A stretch of 61,847 nucleotides of DNA from Patescibacteria group bacterium (GTDB lineage: Bacteria; Patescibacteriota; Minisyncoccia; Phycocordibacterales; SBAW01). Below are positions 36,803 through 47,272 of the stretch, piece after piece. Within the stretch, counting starts at the first letter, position 1, and each line of letters starts with the position of its first letter. The position numbers were made by a program, and so were the translations under genes. The notes beneath the pieces were generated by a model that saw only the letters and a program-made list of their open reading frames with translations, did not search any database and had not been told where the DNA came from. Where the stretch lies: NCBI GenBank assembly GCA_040389385.1, contig JAZKAA010000001.1:1-61847 (forward strand), in the 5' to 3' direction.

Positions 36803-37216
36803 GTGATACTTTTTCTTATCGTACTTCTATGTGTGTCGGTAGTCGGTATGGCCGCGCTCTTGGGGCTTAAGCGCTGGGAGATGCAGACCGGCCGTGTGGT
36901 GCTCTCGGCGTGGCGGCCGCAGGTAGGGGCCTTGGCGCACCGGGCGCTTGGATGGGTCGAGTACACCCTGCCTGCTATCCTGCGCCATTGGCTCGCCGAG
37001 GGAGAGGCGTTTGCCCGCAACTTTCTCCATCGGCTCTCGGCACTTATTGTTGTCTTGACCGAGCGCGGCCTAGAGTGGCTGCTCCGCGTCTTGCGCCGCA
37101 GTACCGCAGTACCGCGCAACGACACCGAGGCCTCCGCGTTCCTCCGTGAGGTATCGGCCCACAAAGCAGAGCTCCTGCGCAACTCGGGTACCCGCGAGGC
37201 GATCTACGAAGAGTAA
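36803..37216 (+). CDS. Hypothetical membrane protein
   Basis: GTG start and an N-terminal TM span (ILFLIVLLCVSVVGMAALLGL). No recognised motif. The start is uncertain (alternative internal ATG). Confidence 0.5.
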   Translation: MILFLIVLLCVSVVGMAALLGLKRWEMQTGRVVLSAWRPQVGALAHRALGWVEYTLPAILRHWLAEGEAFARNFLHRLSALIVVLTERGLEWLLRVLRRSTAVPRNDTEASAFLREVSAHKAELLRNSGTREAIYEE

Positions 37217-37272
37217 TCAGAGGTCAAGTTTAAATAAATAACGTTATTTCACACGGTCGTGTAAAATGTGTA

Positions 37273-37821
37273 CTAAGGCTTTAGATGAAAGAAATGCTTC
37301 AACCGTGCTTGATTGTCTATTGAGTCTGCGACTATCAACCGGACATGTTTTTCTAGCTCAAAAGCTTTGTTACTTAATTTTAATAGCTCGACACATGGAT
37401 ACGGATATACGAATACAGAATTTTGTAGGCGGTAAAATCCAAGTTCTGAAAGTTTGCCCTGGAAGAGTCTACGGACATACTGGTCGGTTTCAGGTATATC
37501 AAAGCAAACAACGCGCCACTTTCTGTCCCATGCGTGTTTCTGCTTAGATAGAGAATAGTCTTTAAATTGGAGTCGGGCTAATTTACGTCCTCCTGCAGAG
37601 GTCAGGCGATACCGTCTTTCTCTGCCCGGTATGGCCTCAACATCTCCATCTTTAGCAAGTCTATCGAATGCACGTTTCAATTTCTCCGTCGCCTTGCGAG
37701 GGTTGGGGTCGATAGCTTTGAGGACAAGACCAATACCAGGAGAGAGAGCTAAGACGGCAACCACACCTCCTGTTGCAAGCAGACCAAGCGCTATTTTGGA
37801 AACCAGTCCTTTGTTGTTCAT
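37273..37821 (-). CDS. Membrane-anchored PaaX-like / Cas2-fold domain protein (putative regulator)
   Basis: N-terminal TM, a winged-helix-like RYRLTSAGGRKLARL, then WRVVCFDIPETDQYVRRLFQGKLSELGFYRLQNSVFVYPYP, the PaaX C-terminal/Cas2-like pattern as recalled. The gene lies in an AT-rich islet. Confidence 0.55.
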   Translation of the reverse strand: MNNKGLVSKIALGLLATGGVVAVLALSPGIGLVLKAIDPNPRKATEKLKRAFDRLAKDGDVEAIPGRERRYRLTSAGGRKLARLQFKDYSLSKQKHAWDRKWRVVCFDIPETDQYVRRLFQGKLSELGFYRLQNSVFVYPYPCVELLKLSNKAFELEKHVRLIVADSIDNQARLKHFFHLKP

Positions 37822-37908
37822 CTGTGTCTTTTAGTATAGCACTATTTTACACGGTCGGGTAAAATGCGCACGGGTAGAAAATTTGATATAGTGTGGACTG
37901 TAGCAATT

Positions 37909-37984
37909 GCCACCGTAGCTCAGTTGGTAGAGCACCTCATTTGTAATGAGGCTGTCAGGGGTTCGAATCCTCTCGGTGGCTCCA
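37909..37984 (+). tRNA. tRNA-Thr (anticodon UGU), CCA encoded
   Basis: Manual cloverleaf: acceptor GCCACCG/CGGTGGC, D-arm GCTC-AGTTGGTA-GAGC, anticodon arm CCTCA-TTTGTAA-TGAGG, variable loop CTGTC, T-arm AGGGG-TTCGAAT-CCTCT, discriminator T, then CCA. Confidence 0.9.
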
Positions 37985-38614
37985 ATGAAAAAGTTTATTT
38001 TGTTTGATTTTGATGGAGTTATTGTTGACTCGCACGAGCCTGCCTATCAATCTCAGCGCACGCGTTGCCCGCATCTCACACGAGACGATCATCGCAAACG
38101 CTTCGAGGGCAACGTTAACGACCATCCGGAACATGAGGATGCACATACGCCCGAGTGCCAACTTGACCTTAATTTTTTTGATATCTACATACCCAAGATG
38201 GATACAGTGCCGGTTGTTCTGGGGATGAACGAGGTCATCGCACAACTAGCTACGACGTATACGCTCATCGTTATCTCCTCGACTCTTACCGCTCCAATAC
38301 AAAAACTTCTTGATAGAAACGATTTGGGCAAGTACTTTGTAGAGATCTTGGGGAACGATGTCCATACAAGCAAAGTAGAGAAGATTAAAATGGTCTTCAA
38401 AAAATATGACGTAGGGCCAAAAGACTGCGTCTTTATAACCGATACTCTGGGTGACTTACATGAGGCAGAACATATGGCCGTTGGTGCAGTTGCGGTAACG
38501 TGGGGCTTCCACACGCCGGAGACTTTGCAAAAAGGAAAGTCGTTCAAGCTTGTTTCAACACCACAAGAACTTATTTTTGCTGTAGAAGAGTATTTTGCTA
38601 TTGCTGAGCAGTAG
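37985..38614 (+). CDS. HAD-superfamily hydrolase (phosphatase)
   Basis: MKKFILFDFDGVIVDS (the DxD nucleophile motif), later VISS, and a FITDTLGDLHEA motif-IV-like block. The start was moved from 37946, which lies inside the tRNA, to the ATG at 37985. Confidence 0.8.
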   Translation: MKKFILFDFDGVIVDSHEPAYQSQRTRCPHLTRDDHRKRFEGNVNDHPEHEDAHTPECQLDLNFFDIYIPKMDTVPVVLGMNEVIAQLATTYTLIVISSTLTAPIQKLLDRNDLGKYFVEILGNDVHTSKVEKIKMVFKKYDVGPKDCVFITDTLGDLHEAEHMAVGAVAVTWGFHTPETLQKGKSFKLVSTPQELIFAVEEYFAIAEQ

Positions 38615-39266
38615 AGGTTGCGAGGGTTTTGAGCTCGGGGATCAGCTTCATCATATCGTCCAGATTTTTAAAGCCATAGACCGGTGCGCGGTTGTTGACC
38701 ACTATTGCCGGCAGCGTCCCGTCTAGCTTGCGCAGACGCTCCAGGGTGACCAACGCCGAGAGGTCGAGATGATAGTCAAAGGAGTACACGCGCAAGCTCG
38801 GGTACGTCTCGCGCAAGTAGGTCAACACCTCGCCCATGCGCGCGCAGTCGGCGCAGTCGCCTGCGTTGGAGTAAAAGTACAGCACATAGACTGGCTTAAA
38901 GCTCTTACATTTTTGTGATATCTGCTGCATCAACAGGTAGTCTTTGATCTCCAAAAGAGAGTACTGCTGCTTGAGCGAAACAACCTCGGCGTTGTTGGTG
39001 CCCAGGTTTTGCTCGGCCACCGAGAGCCGGCTGGCAAGGCTGTTGAGCTCATCCGAGAGCGAGGGGTTGCTGGTGATGGCTGAACAGTCGAGGCTCCCCA
39101 AGAGCTCAAACTGGGTCTCGGTGGAGAGGATGTCTATAGAGATAGCCTCTTGCGTAGTGCGGATGTCGGCAACGCGCGCGGCATCAAGCCTGCTAGCCAC
39201 ATAAAATGCCGTGCCAAAGATGGCCGCGGTTATGACAAAAGCAATGACGTATTTTTGATACTGCAT
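38598..39266 (-). CDS. Membrane-anchored thioredoxin-fold-like protein (CxxC)
   Basis: N-terminal TM (VIAFVITAAIFGTAFYV). VYVLYFYSNAGDCADCARMGEVL contains C-A-D-C, followed by LPAIVVNN..VYGF, a thioredoxin-like topology. Confidence 0.5.
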   Translation of the reverse strand: MQYQKYVIAFVITAAIFGTAFYVASRLDAARVADIRTTQEAISIDILSTETQFELLGSLDCSAITSNPSLSDELNSLASRLSVAEQNLGTNNAEVVSLKQQYSLLEIKDYLLMQQISQKCKSFKPVYVLYFYSNAGDCADCARMGEVLTYLRETYPSLRVYSFDYHLDLSALVTLERLRKLDGTLPAIVVNNRAPVYGFKNLDDMMKLIPELKTLATSTAQQ

Positions 39267-39278
39267 GTGGTATGCACC

Positions 39279-40517
39279 TTACCGCCAGCGGCTCTCGCGC
39301 GCAAGGGCGGCGCCCCACGCCGCGCGCATAAGCCACAGCGGCGCCAAAAATCCAAAAAAAGCAAAGTACGCGGCAAACGACTTAACGCCGAGCCCGGTCT
39401 GAGCTATACGGTTACCCAAGAGTATTGCGACCAAGGTCATACAGAGCACCGCCACGATGACAAACAACATGCTGTTGGTGTTGAGGTAAAACCACGTCAG
39501 ATGTGGCGCGGGCGGCACGTGCAGAGGGATGCCGGTGGCAAAAAAGTCGCCCATGCGGCTAAGCACCATGTCGGTTATCCGGTACACCGCGTAGGCGGCG
39601 GTGTATATACCGGCAAAAAAGGACAGCGTCGCAAACGGCAAAATGAGCATCCCAAAGTTGCCGTATCGCTTGTTAAAAAACATATATCCGTAGTCGCGTG
39701 CGTTCATCAAAAACCCTTGTGACCACCGCACGCGCTGGCGCAGGAGTGTGCGGACCGTGTTGGGCACCGTCGTGTAGACAAAGGCGGTGTGCGCGTTGAC
39801 TATCTTGAGATGGTTGGCGTGCATGCGGAAGGCTATCTCCATGTCCTCGGTATTGTGTGCGTGGCGGAAGAGCCCGATTTTTTTAAAGACCTCGCGCTTG
39901 TACATGGAAAAGGGCCCCGGCAGCACGTTGATAGCCGAGAGGTTGTCGAACATTTTTTTATAAAAAATGCCAAAGGTGTACTCAACGTTTTGCATGAGCT
40001 CCAAGAGCGAGCGGGGTTTGTGCACCTTCATTGCCGGTGTGATGGCCATTATTGTGCTGTCACTCTCAAACTTTTTGACTGCCTCTATGAGCGCACTAGC
40101 CTCTACAAACGAGTCGGCATCCAGACAGCCGATAAGCTCGCCTTTAGATTGCTCGATGCCGATATTGAGCGCGGTGTACTTGCCTCCGTTTGCTTTTTGT
40201 ACCAGCGCCACGCGAGTAGGATACTGCGCTGCATAGCGTCGCGCGATATCCGCCGTGCCGTCAGACGAGCCGTCGTCTACAACCATAATGTCGAGTTTAT
40301 CTGCCGGGTAGTCGAGCGCGAGCAGCGAGTCGATGGTGGCACCAACAGTGGCTTGCTCGTTGTAGCAGGGCACCAACATGGTGACCGCAGGGTAGCAGCG
40401 GGGGAGTGCGGTGCTCTTTTTCTCCGGACGCTTTTCAAAGAAGGAAATGAGCAAAAAGACCTCAAAATAGAGGGCGATAAATAGGCACAGATAAAGGCCC
40501 GTGGCCCCAATATCCAT
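39279..40517 (-). CDS. Family-2 glycosyltransferase, membrane-embedded processive synthase type (PgaC/IcaA/cellulose-synthase-like)
   Basis: MLVPCYNEQ, the DxD in VVDDGSSDGT, GCLDADSF, Q-R-V-R-W (QRVRWSQG), and N- and C-terminal TM helices. Confidence 0.85.
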   Translation of the reverse strand: MDIGATGLYLCLFIALYFEVFLLISFFEKRPEKKSTALPRCYPAVTMLVPCYNEQATVGATIDSLLALDYPADKLDIMVVDDGSSDGTADIARRYAAQYPTRVALVQKANGGKYTALNIGIEQSKGELIGCLDADSFVEASALIEAVKKFESDSTIMAITPAMKVHKPRSLLELMQNVEYTFGIFYKKMFDNLSAINVLPGPFSMYKREVFKKIGLFRHAHNTEDMEIAFRMHANHLKIVNAHTAFVYTTVPNTVRTLLRQRVRWSQGFLMNARDYGYMFFNKRYGNFGMLILPFATLSFFAGIYTAAYAVYRITDMVLSRMGDFFATGIPLHVPPAPHLTWFYLNTNSMLFVIVAVLCMTLVAILLGNRIAQTGLGVKSFAAYFAFFGFLAPLWLMRAAWGAALARESRWR

Positions 40518-40543
40518 CGGGGCAGTATAGCATTTTGAGCTTT

Positions 40544-41677
40544 TTAACGCACCTGTGCGCCGTACTGGGCCACCGTCGCTGCTTCGAGCTTTTTGTGCAA
40601 ACTATCGACTTCCTCATTGGTGAGTGTGCGCTCAAGCGAGCGGTAGACAATGCGGTAGGTATAACTCACTTTGTCCTCACCAAATTTCTTGGCGTCGGCG
40701 TAGGTGTCGAGCAGTTGCACCTCCTCGGCCATGTCCTCGCCTACCGTTTCGCGGATAAGGTCAAAGTAATTGTTGGGTGCAAATGTTTTGGGCACTACAA
40801 ACGAGATATCGCGCACCACCGCCGGGTACTTGCTGACCTCTTTAAATTTATTTCCCAACTGCAGTTGAGACATGACGCGCGGGTCGGTGCTCCACAGCAA
40901 GCGGATGTCAGGAAGCTCCATACTAATTATTGCGAGCCGCTCAAGACCAAAACCAAACGCCCATCCGTTGTAACCCTCAAGCCCAAAGTTTTTGAGCACA
41001 CTCTTTTTTGGCATGCCGCCGCCCAAGATTTCTATCCAACGATCACCCACCTTGACCTCTACCTGCAAGCTTGGGTCGGTGTAGGGGAAGGTGTCGTCCA
41101 AAAAGCGATACTCCGCGTCTTTACCAAAGAGACTCTCGACCACTTCCGAGAGCACTTTCTTTAGCTCGTCGAGCGGCATAATACCCATACTGTCCGGCTG
41201 CAAGAGCCATCCGCCAAATTGGTGGAAGACGTTCATGTGGCGGTTGTCTATCTCGTCTTTTCGGTAGACTTTGCCATAACACACACAACCTATCGTCTCG
41301 CCCTTGGCTGCGCGCGCTTTGACCTCGGGCAGTTGCAGGTAGTAGTACCACATGACTGTGTCGTGGGTACGCAATATATTTTTGTCGTCTATGTAGTAGG
41401 TGTCGGAGTGGCTGCGTGCCGGATGATCGGGCGCAAAGTCAAAGAGATCAAAGGAGATGCTCGCCGGTACTACCTCGGGGATAATTATGTTGTCGAGGTT
41501 TTTAAGAGCGTCGGTCGAGCGGGCGCGTTTGACCAGCTCCATAAGCGGACTGCCCGGTGTGCGCGAAAGGTCGGGCATAGCCAGGTAGCGCTTGATCCGG
41601 CTGGCATCGGTGTCGGTGCGGCCTGCTAAGCCTGCAATAAGCTTTTTCTCCTCGTCGATGGGGATGGTGTAGTCCAT
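40544..41677 (-). CDS. pheS: Phenylalanine--tRNA ligase, single-chain form: PheS catalytic core fused to a C-terminal FDX-ACB domain
   Basis: Class II motif 2 (YRKDEIDNRHMNVFHQFGGW) and motif 3 (GWAFGFGLERLAIISMELPDIRLLW). These are followed by SKYPAVVRDISFVVPKTF...VQLLDTYAD..FGEDKVSYTYRIVYRSLERTLTNEEV, the pattern of the ferredoxin-fold anticodon-binding domain. Confidence 0.85.
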   Translation of the reverse strand: MDYTIPIDEEKKLIAGLAGRTDTDASRIKRYLAMPDLSRTPGSPLMELVKRARSTDALKNLDNIIIPEVVPASISFDLFDFAPDHPARSHSDTYYIDDKNILRTHDTVMWYYYLQLPEVKARAAKGETIGCVCYGKVYRKDEIDNRHMNVFHQFGGWLLQPDSMGIMPLDELKKVLSEVVESLFGKDAEYRFLDDTFPYTDPSLQVEVKVGDRWIEILGGGMPKKSVLKNFGLEGYNGWAFGFGLERLAIISMELPDIRLLWSTDPRVMSQLQLGNKFKEVSKYPAVVRDISFVVPKTFAPNNYFDLIRETVGEDMAEEVQLLDTYADAKKFGEDKVSYTYRIVYRSLERTLTNEEVDSLHKKLEAATVAQYGAQVR

Positions 41678-41723
41678 GTGGCGTTACTCTACAATACTAT
41701 ATCCAAAAATAAAAAAGCCGCCG

Positions 41724-42452
41724 TTACTTTACGGCAGCTAGTATGTTTGAGGGCTTGCGGCGTGGCAGGGGAGGATCAAACAAACACTCCCTCCAGATTT
41801 TTGCAGCCGCCGCTAGCGGCATGACCACCGCGCCTTCTGTCGGGTACCCTTTGCCTGGCCCCTGAACCCACGCGTCGATGTCGGCGGAGTAGTGTGGAAT
41901 AAATCGTAGCTTTGGATCGGGCACCCACGCGCCTGATTCGGCTTTCATAACGCCCTTGTACCCTTGGTGGAAAGCAAGTGCGGCACGCGGGCCCAGACAG
42001 ATGCGTTCGCGGGCGATATCGGCAAAGATAGTACAACCGGAAGCGCAGTAGCCGTTGATAACAAAGCTTGCGGTCGGATGTAACAATGCCGCTGTTCCCA
42101 TCAACGCAAAAGCCCGTTGATCGCCTCCGGAGACAGCGATGATGTGGCACGGCATCGAGTCGCATCCGAGTAGGGTCTTGAACACGTCTCGGTCCGGCTC
42201 AACTGGTTCGAATCCTTCGCCTACGCTTTTCGGGATTTTTGCGCTACACCACTCTTTGCACCACTCAAACATGCTGGCGACGGTGTCGTCCCGGTGCATA
42301 ACTGCTGGTGTCGTTGGCGGCCGATCTTTGGGCGATGACTTTTTAAACTCCTGGTGCGCAAAAAAGACCAGAAGCGCCAGCCCCAGTAAATCAAAGAGCT
42401 TTATCCTCACCTGGTCCTCCTTGGTTTGGACTTCAACATCACAGTAGCACAA
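41724..42452 (-). CDS. Hypothetical Cys-rich exported/membrane-anchored protein
   Basis: Hydrophobic N-terminal span (LFDLLGLALLVFFA) and at least 10 Cys. A minus-strand terminator (GCCGT-AAAGTA-ACGGC, then a T-run) overlaps its stop. Start uncertain. Confidence 0.5.
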   Translation of the reverse strand: MCYCDVEVQTKEDQVRIKLFDLLGLALLVFFAHQEFKKSSPKDRPPTTPAVMHRDDTVASMFEWCKEWCSAKIPKSVGEGFEPVEPDRDVFKTLLGCDSMPCHIIAVSGGDQRAFALMGTAALLHPTASFVINGYCASGCTIFADIARERICLGPRAALAFHQGYKGVMKAESGAWVPDPKLRFIPHYSADIDAWVQGPGKGYPTEGAVVMPLAAAAKIWRECLFDPPLPRRKPSNILAAVK

Positions 42453-42477
42453 AAAAGCCGCCTACTTCAACGGCGGC

Positions 42478-42717
42478 TTATGCGTCTTCGATGCCAAATC
42501 CATCGTCATCGTCGTCATCGTCCTCTCCACCGGTACCGTCATCCGGCTTGCCGAGCGAGGATGGCGTGTGGTACTTGAGGGGAAGGAGCGGCGGCAACCA
42601 GATTGCCGGCATCATCGGGCTTGGCTTTAACCATGACTCCGTTGGCGGGGTATCGTACCCCACCGCATATGCCGGCATGGCGATGCACAACAGAAAAAGC
42701 GCGCTGAGTATTTTCAT
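42478..42717 (-). CDS. Small secreted protein with poly-Asp tail (79 aa)
   Basis: Signal peptide MKILSALFLLCIAMPAYA, a Pro-rich middle, and the C-terminal GGEDDDDDDDGFGIEDA. Its own terminator (GCCGCC-GTTGAAGTA-GGCGGC-TTTTTT) lies at 42451-42480 on the minus strand. Confidence 0.5.
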   Translation of the reverse strand: MKILSALFLLCIAMPAYAVGYDTPPTESWLKPSPMMPAIWLPPLLPLKYHTPSSLGKPDDGTGGEDDDDDDDGFGIEDA

Positions 42718-42733
42718 ACGGAACTCCTCCTAA

Positions 42734-44911
<2,178 letters not shown>

Positions 44912-44956
44912 CTGTTTGTAATAAAAAATCCCGCGACGGATGTCGCGAGAGTGATG

Positions 44957-45175
44957 TCATGTGTGGATCCACTCCATGACCGAAGCAAGCGCTTCGTCCT
45001 CGGAGCGATGGATGACGCTGCGGTCTTTTGTGGGGATGACACAGACTGCCCGTTGTTTACTGGCGTTGTGCAGTACAGCGTTTGCCACCCATTTGTCTTT
45101 CTGGTCGTTAGCTTCTTTGACCTCAAGAGCAGTGAGTTCAAATCCTTTGGCTTTAAGCTGAGTGCGTGTAGGCAT
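44957..45175 (-). CDS. Small hypothetical protein (72 aa)
   Basis: ATG preceded by GAGG with a 6-nt spacer. A minus-strand terminator (CGCGAC-ATCC-GTCGCG followed by ATTTTTTATT) sits just downstream at about 44921-44950. Confidence 0.5.
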   Translation of the reverse strand: MPTRTQLKAKGFELTALEVKEANDQKDKWVANAVLHNASKQRAVCVIPTKDRSVIHRSEDEALASVMEWIHT

Positions 45176-45262
45176 GTGCAACCTCGTCGGTTTCTCCCGA
45201 CCGACTATAACAAAACACCTCCCGTTACGCGAGAGGTGTTTTGCGTTCCGTTTAAATCTAAA

Positions 45263-46378
45263 TTAGTACGCGACGTAGGTTTGCTGCGCGGTGTTGTTGT
45301 ACTTGCTTACTTCGTACACCTGACTAAACGGATCGACATTGATGGTGATGGTGCGGGTGTTGCCGTACGCGCTGTAGCCGGCGTTGTAGCTGGTGGAGTA
45401 GGTGTACGGGTTGGTCACGACATTGTAGTTGCTGTAGCCGGCGACTGCGCACGGACCGTACTGGTTGCAGCTGGTCGGTCCGCCGTAGGTTATCGGCGGC
45501 GTGCAAGGGAAGGAGTATCCGTTGCAAGGATTGTTGGTAGTACCGGAGGTGTCCTCGCTGTAGCGCAGCGTGTAGACGATACGATCGCCGGGGTACAGAG
45601 CCTGCTGCGGGCCGGCAGGGTAGCTGTAGCCACTCGGCAGTACTGCGTTAAGAGTCCAGTTGGTGGGCGAGACGTTGGTGCCGACATTGCTTACCGCAAA
45701 GACAACTACTGTATTGCCTCCGCTAGACTGCGCCGAGAGTATAGAGACGGCGAGGTCGGGGTAGCCGCTAAGCGCCGTGGTGCGGCCGCTCGGGTAGTAC
45801 GTGCTCCCGGTGTTGCTTTTGGGCTTGGTAGTAGTGGTCTTGGTTGCGGTCGTGGTCGTGGGCTTGGTAGCGACAGCCGGAGCGGTGACGTTGGTGGTGC
45901 TCGTGCCGCTTACGGTGGTCTGCTTGGTCGAGAGGCTCACTGCCGCAACCGTGATAGTAACCTGTGCCGACTTAGTGCCGTCTGCAAGGATGGCAACGAG
46001 CGGCATCGAGCTCGATGCGTTGGTGTAATTAAACGGCGTATTGCACTGCACAACCTGGTAGCTGCCGGCCGGAGTCGGCGCGGCGAGCGACAGCCCGGTC
46101 CCACAGGAGTAGGAGACACTGTATGCAAACTCGCCCGTGCCGCCCATGTGGCGCCAGGTGATGTTAAACGGCTGTCCGGCTACAACAGCGGCTGGTACCG
46201 AGCTGGTCAGAGACTCTTGCGTCGTTGTGGGCTTGCCGGCAACAGTGCCACCGAGGTTATGAAAGAAGCCGGGCAGCATAAACGCGAGCTGGATAATGCC
46301 CCAGGCACCCAGGAGCAGCACGGCTATAAGCCCGATAACCGCTACGACGCGCAACACGTTGTCCCAAAAGGTTTGCAT
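45263..46378 (-). CDS. Membrane-anchored surface protein with Thr-rich linker and CARDB/Ig-like domain
   Basis: N-terminal TM (VVAVIGLIAVLLLGAWGIIQLAF), a KPTTTTATKTTTTKPK linker, then PDLAVSILSAQSSGGNTVVVFAVSNVGTNVS (CARDB-like). Terminator hairpin at about 45214-45250 on the minus strand. Confidence 0.7.
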   Translation of the reverse strand: MQTFWDNVLRVVAVIGLIAVLLLGAWGIIQLAFMLPGFFHNLGGTVAGKPTTTQESLTSSVPAAVVAGQPFNITWRHMGGTGEFAYSVSYSCGTGLSLAAPTPAGSYQVVQCNTPFNYTNASSSMPLVAILADGTKSAQVTITVAAVSLSTKQTTVSGTSTTNVTAPAVATKPTTTTATKTTTTKPKSNTGSTYYPSGRTTALSGYPDLAVSILSAQSSGGNTVVVFAVSNVGTNVSPTNWTLNAVLPSGYSYPAGPQQALYPGDRIVYTLRYSEDTSGTTNNPCNGYSFPCTPPITYGGPTSCNQYGPCAVAGYSNYNVVTNPYTYSTSYNAGYSAYGNTRTITINVDPFSQVYEVSKYNNTAQQTYVAY

Positions 46379-46465
46379 AGGATGGTTAAATAAAAGTTAT
46401 GTGCCCAGACCGTATCATGGCACTATTGGCTTGTCAAGTAGGGCAAAGAGTGGTGGTATGATGCG

Positions 46466-47062
46466 GTGTATCATACTGACATGACCCGTTTTTGGAGCTT
46501 CTTTGCGACATTTTGTATCCTCTTTGTTATCACAGTGGCGTTTATGGCGTACGTCGATGCTTTGCCCGACAATGGCACCGACACTCCCAGTGTTAACACG
46601 CCACTCGATATACAAACCGTACCGCCCGGCGTGGCCGAGGCACCTACGCGCATCGTGGCCAAAGACATCAAGCTCGATGTCGCTATATCCAACCCGGACT
46701 CCAGTGATGCCGATGTACTCGACGCGGCGCTGCTTAAAGGCGGTGTGCATTATCCAAGTTCGGCCAATTTAAACGAAAACGGCACCGTGTTGTTGTTTGG
46801 GCACTCGTCGTACCTGCCCATAGTCCACAACCAAAACTACAAGGCCTTTGATGGCATCCAAAATCTCAAGACGGGGGAGATAATCAGCGTCTTTTCTGCT
46901 ACCAAAGAGTATCGCTACGCGGTGACCGAGGTGCGTGTTGCCAACGCCGAGGAGGATGTGGTAGAACTGCCTTCTGATAAGCAGTACCTTACACTCATTA
47001 CCTGCGACTCGTTTGCAACCAAGTCTGATAGGTACGTCGTAACGGCTGTTTTAGCCCAATAA
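46466..47062 (+). CDS. Sortase-family transpeptidase
   Basis: N-terminal TM, LLFGHSSY (His), the TLITC catalytic Cys motif, and a trailing DRYVV (Arg). Confidence 0.8.
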   Translation: MYHTDMTRFWSFFATFCILFVITVAFMAYVDALPDNGTDTPSVNTPLDIQTVPPGVAEAPTRIVAKDIKLDVAISNPDSSDADVLDAALLKGGVHYPSSANLNENGTVLLFGHSSYLPIVHNQNYKAFDGIQNLKTGEIISVFSATKEYRYAVTEVRVANAEEDVVELPSDKQYLTLITCDSFATKSDRYVVTAVLAQ

Positions 47063-47082
47063 GTGGTGCCTTCATATAGGGC

Positions 47083-47110
47083 TTGACAAAAGGCCCAAAG
47101 GTGATATAAT
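47083..47110 (+). promoter_or_regulatory. Near-consensus sigma70-type promoter with extended -10
   Basis: TTGACA (47083-47088), a 16-nt spacer ending in TGA, then TATAAT (47105-47110). It lies about 160 nt upstream of the ATG at 47273. Confidence 0.5.
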
Positions 47111-47272
47111 AGGGGGAACTAAGGCTCTTTCCGGCCCCGTTTGGTAGGATTTGTTTCTTGCGGATAGCTCGGTATGTGGAACTCATTTCTGCATAGCGAG
47201 CCCTTCGTAATTCCCGGATTCCCGGGGTGAAAAAGGACGAACCTGTACTGTATCAATGAAAGAGGGAGAAAA

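Noticed and set aside
44951-46393. 480-aa plus-strand ORF
   Set aside because: It is antisense to the better-supported minus-strand genes at 45263..46378 and 44957..45175, which have terminators and sensible TM and linker features. Its own composition is Arg/Gly/Val/Ala-rich, typical of a shadow frame in G+C-rich DNA.
47150-47245. tRNA-like string GCGGATAGCTCGG… in the leader upstream of 47273
   Set aside because: It cannot be folded into a cloverleaf. There is no proper D-stem, anticodon stem or GTTCGAATC-type T-loop, and no matching 3' acceptor strand.
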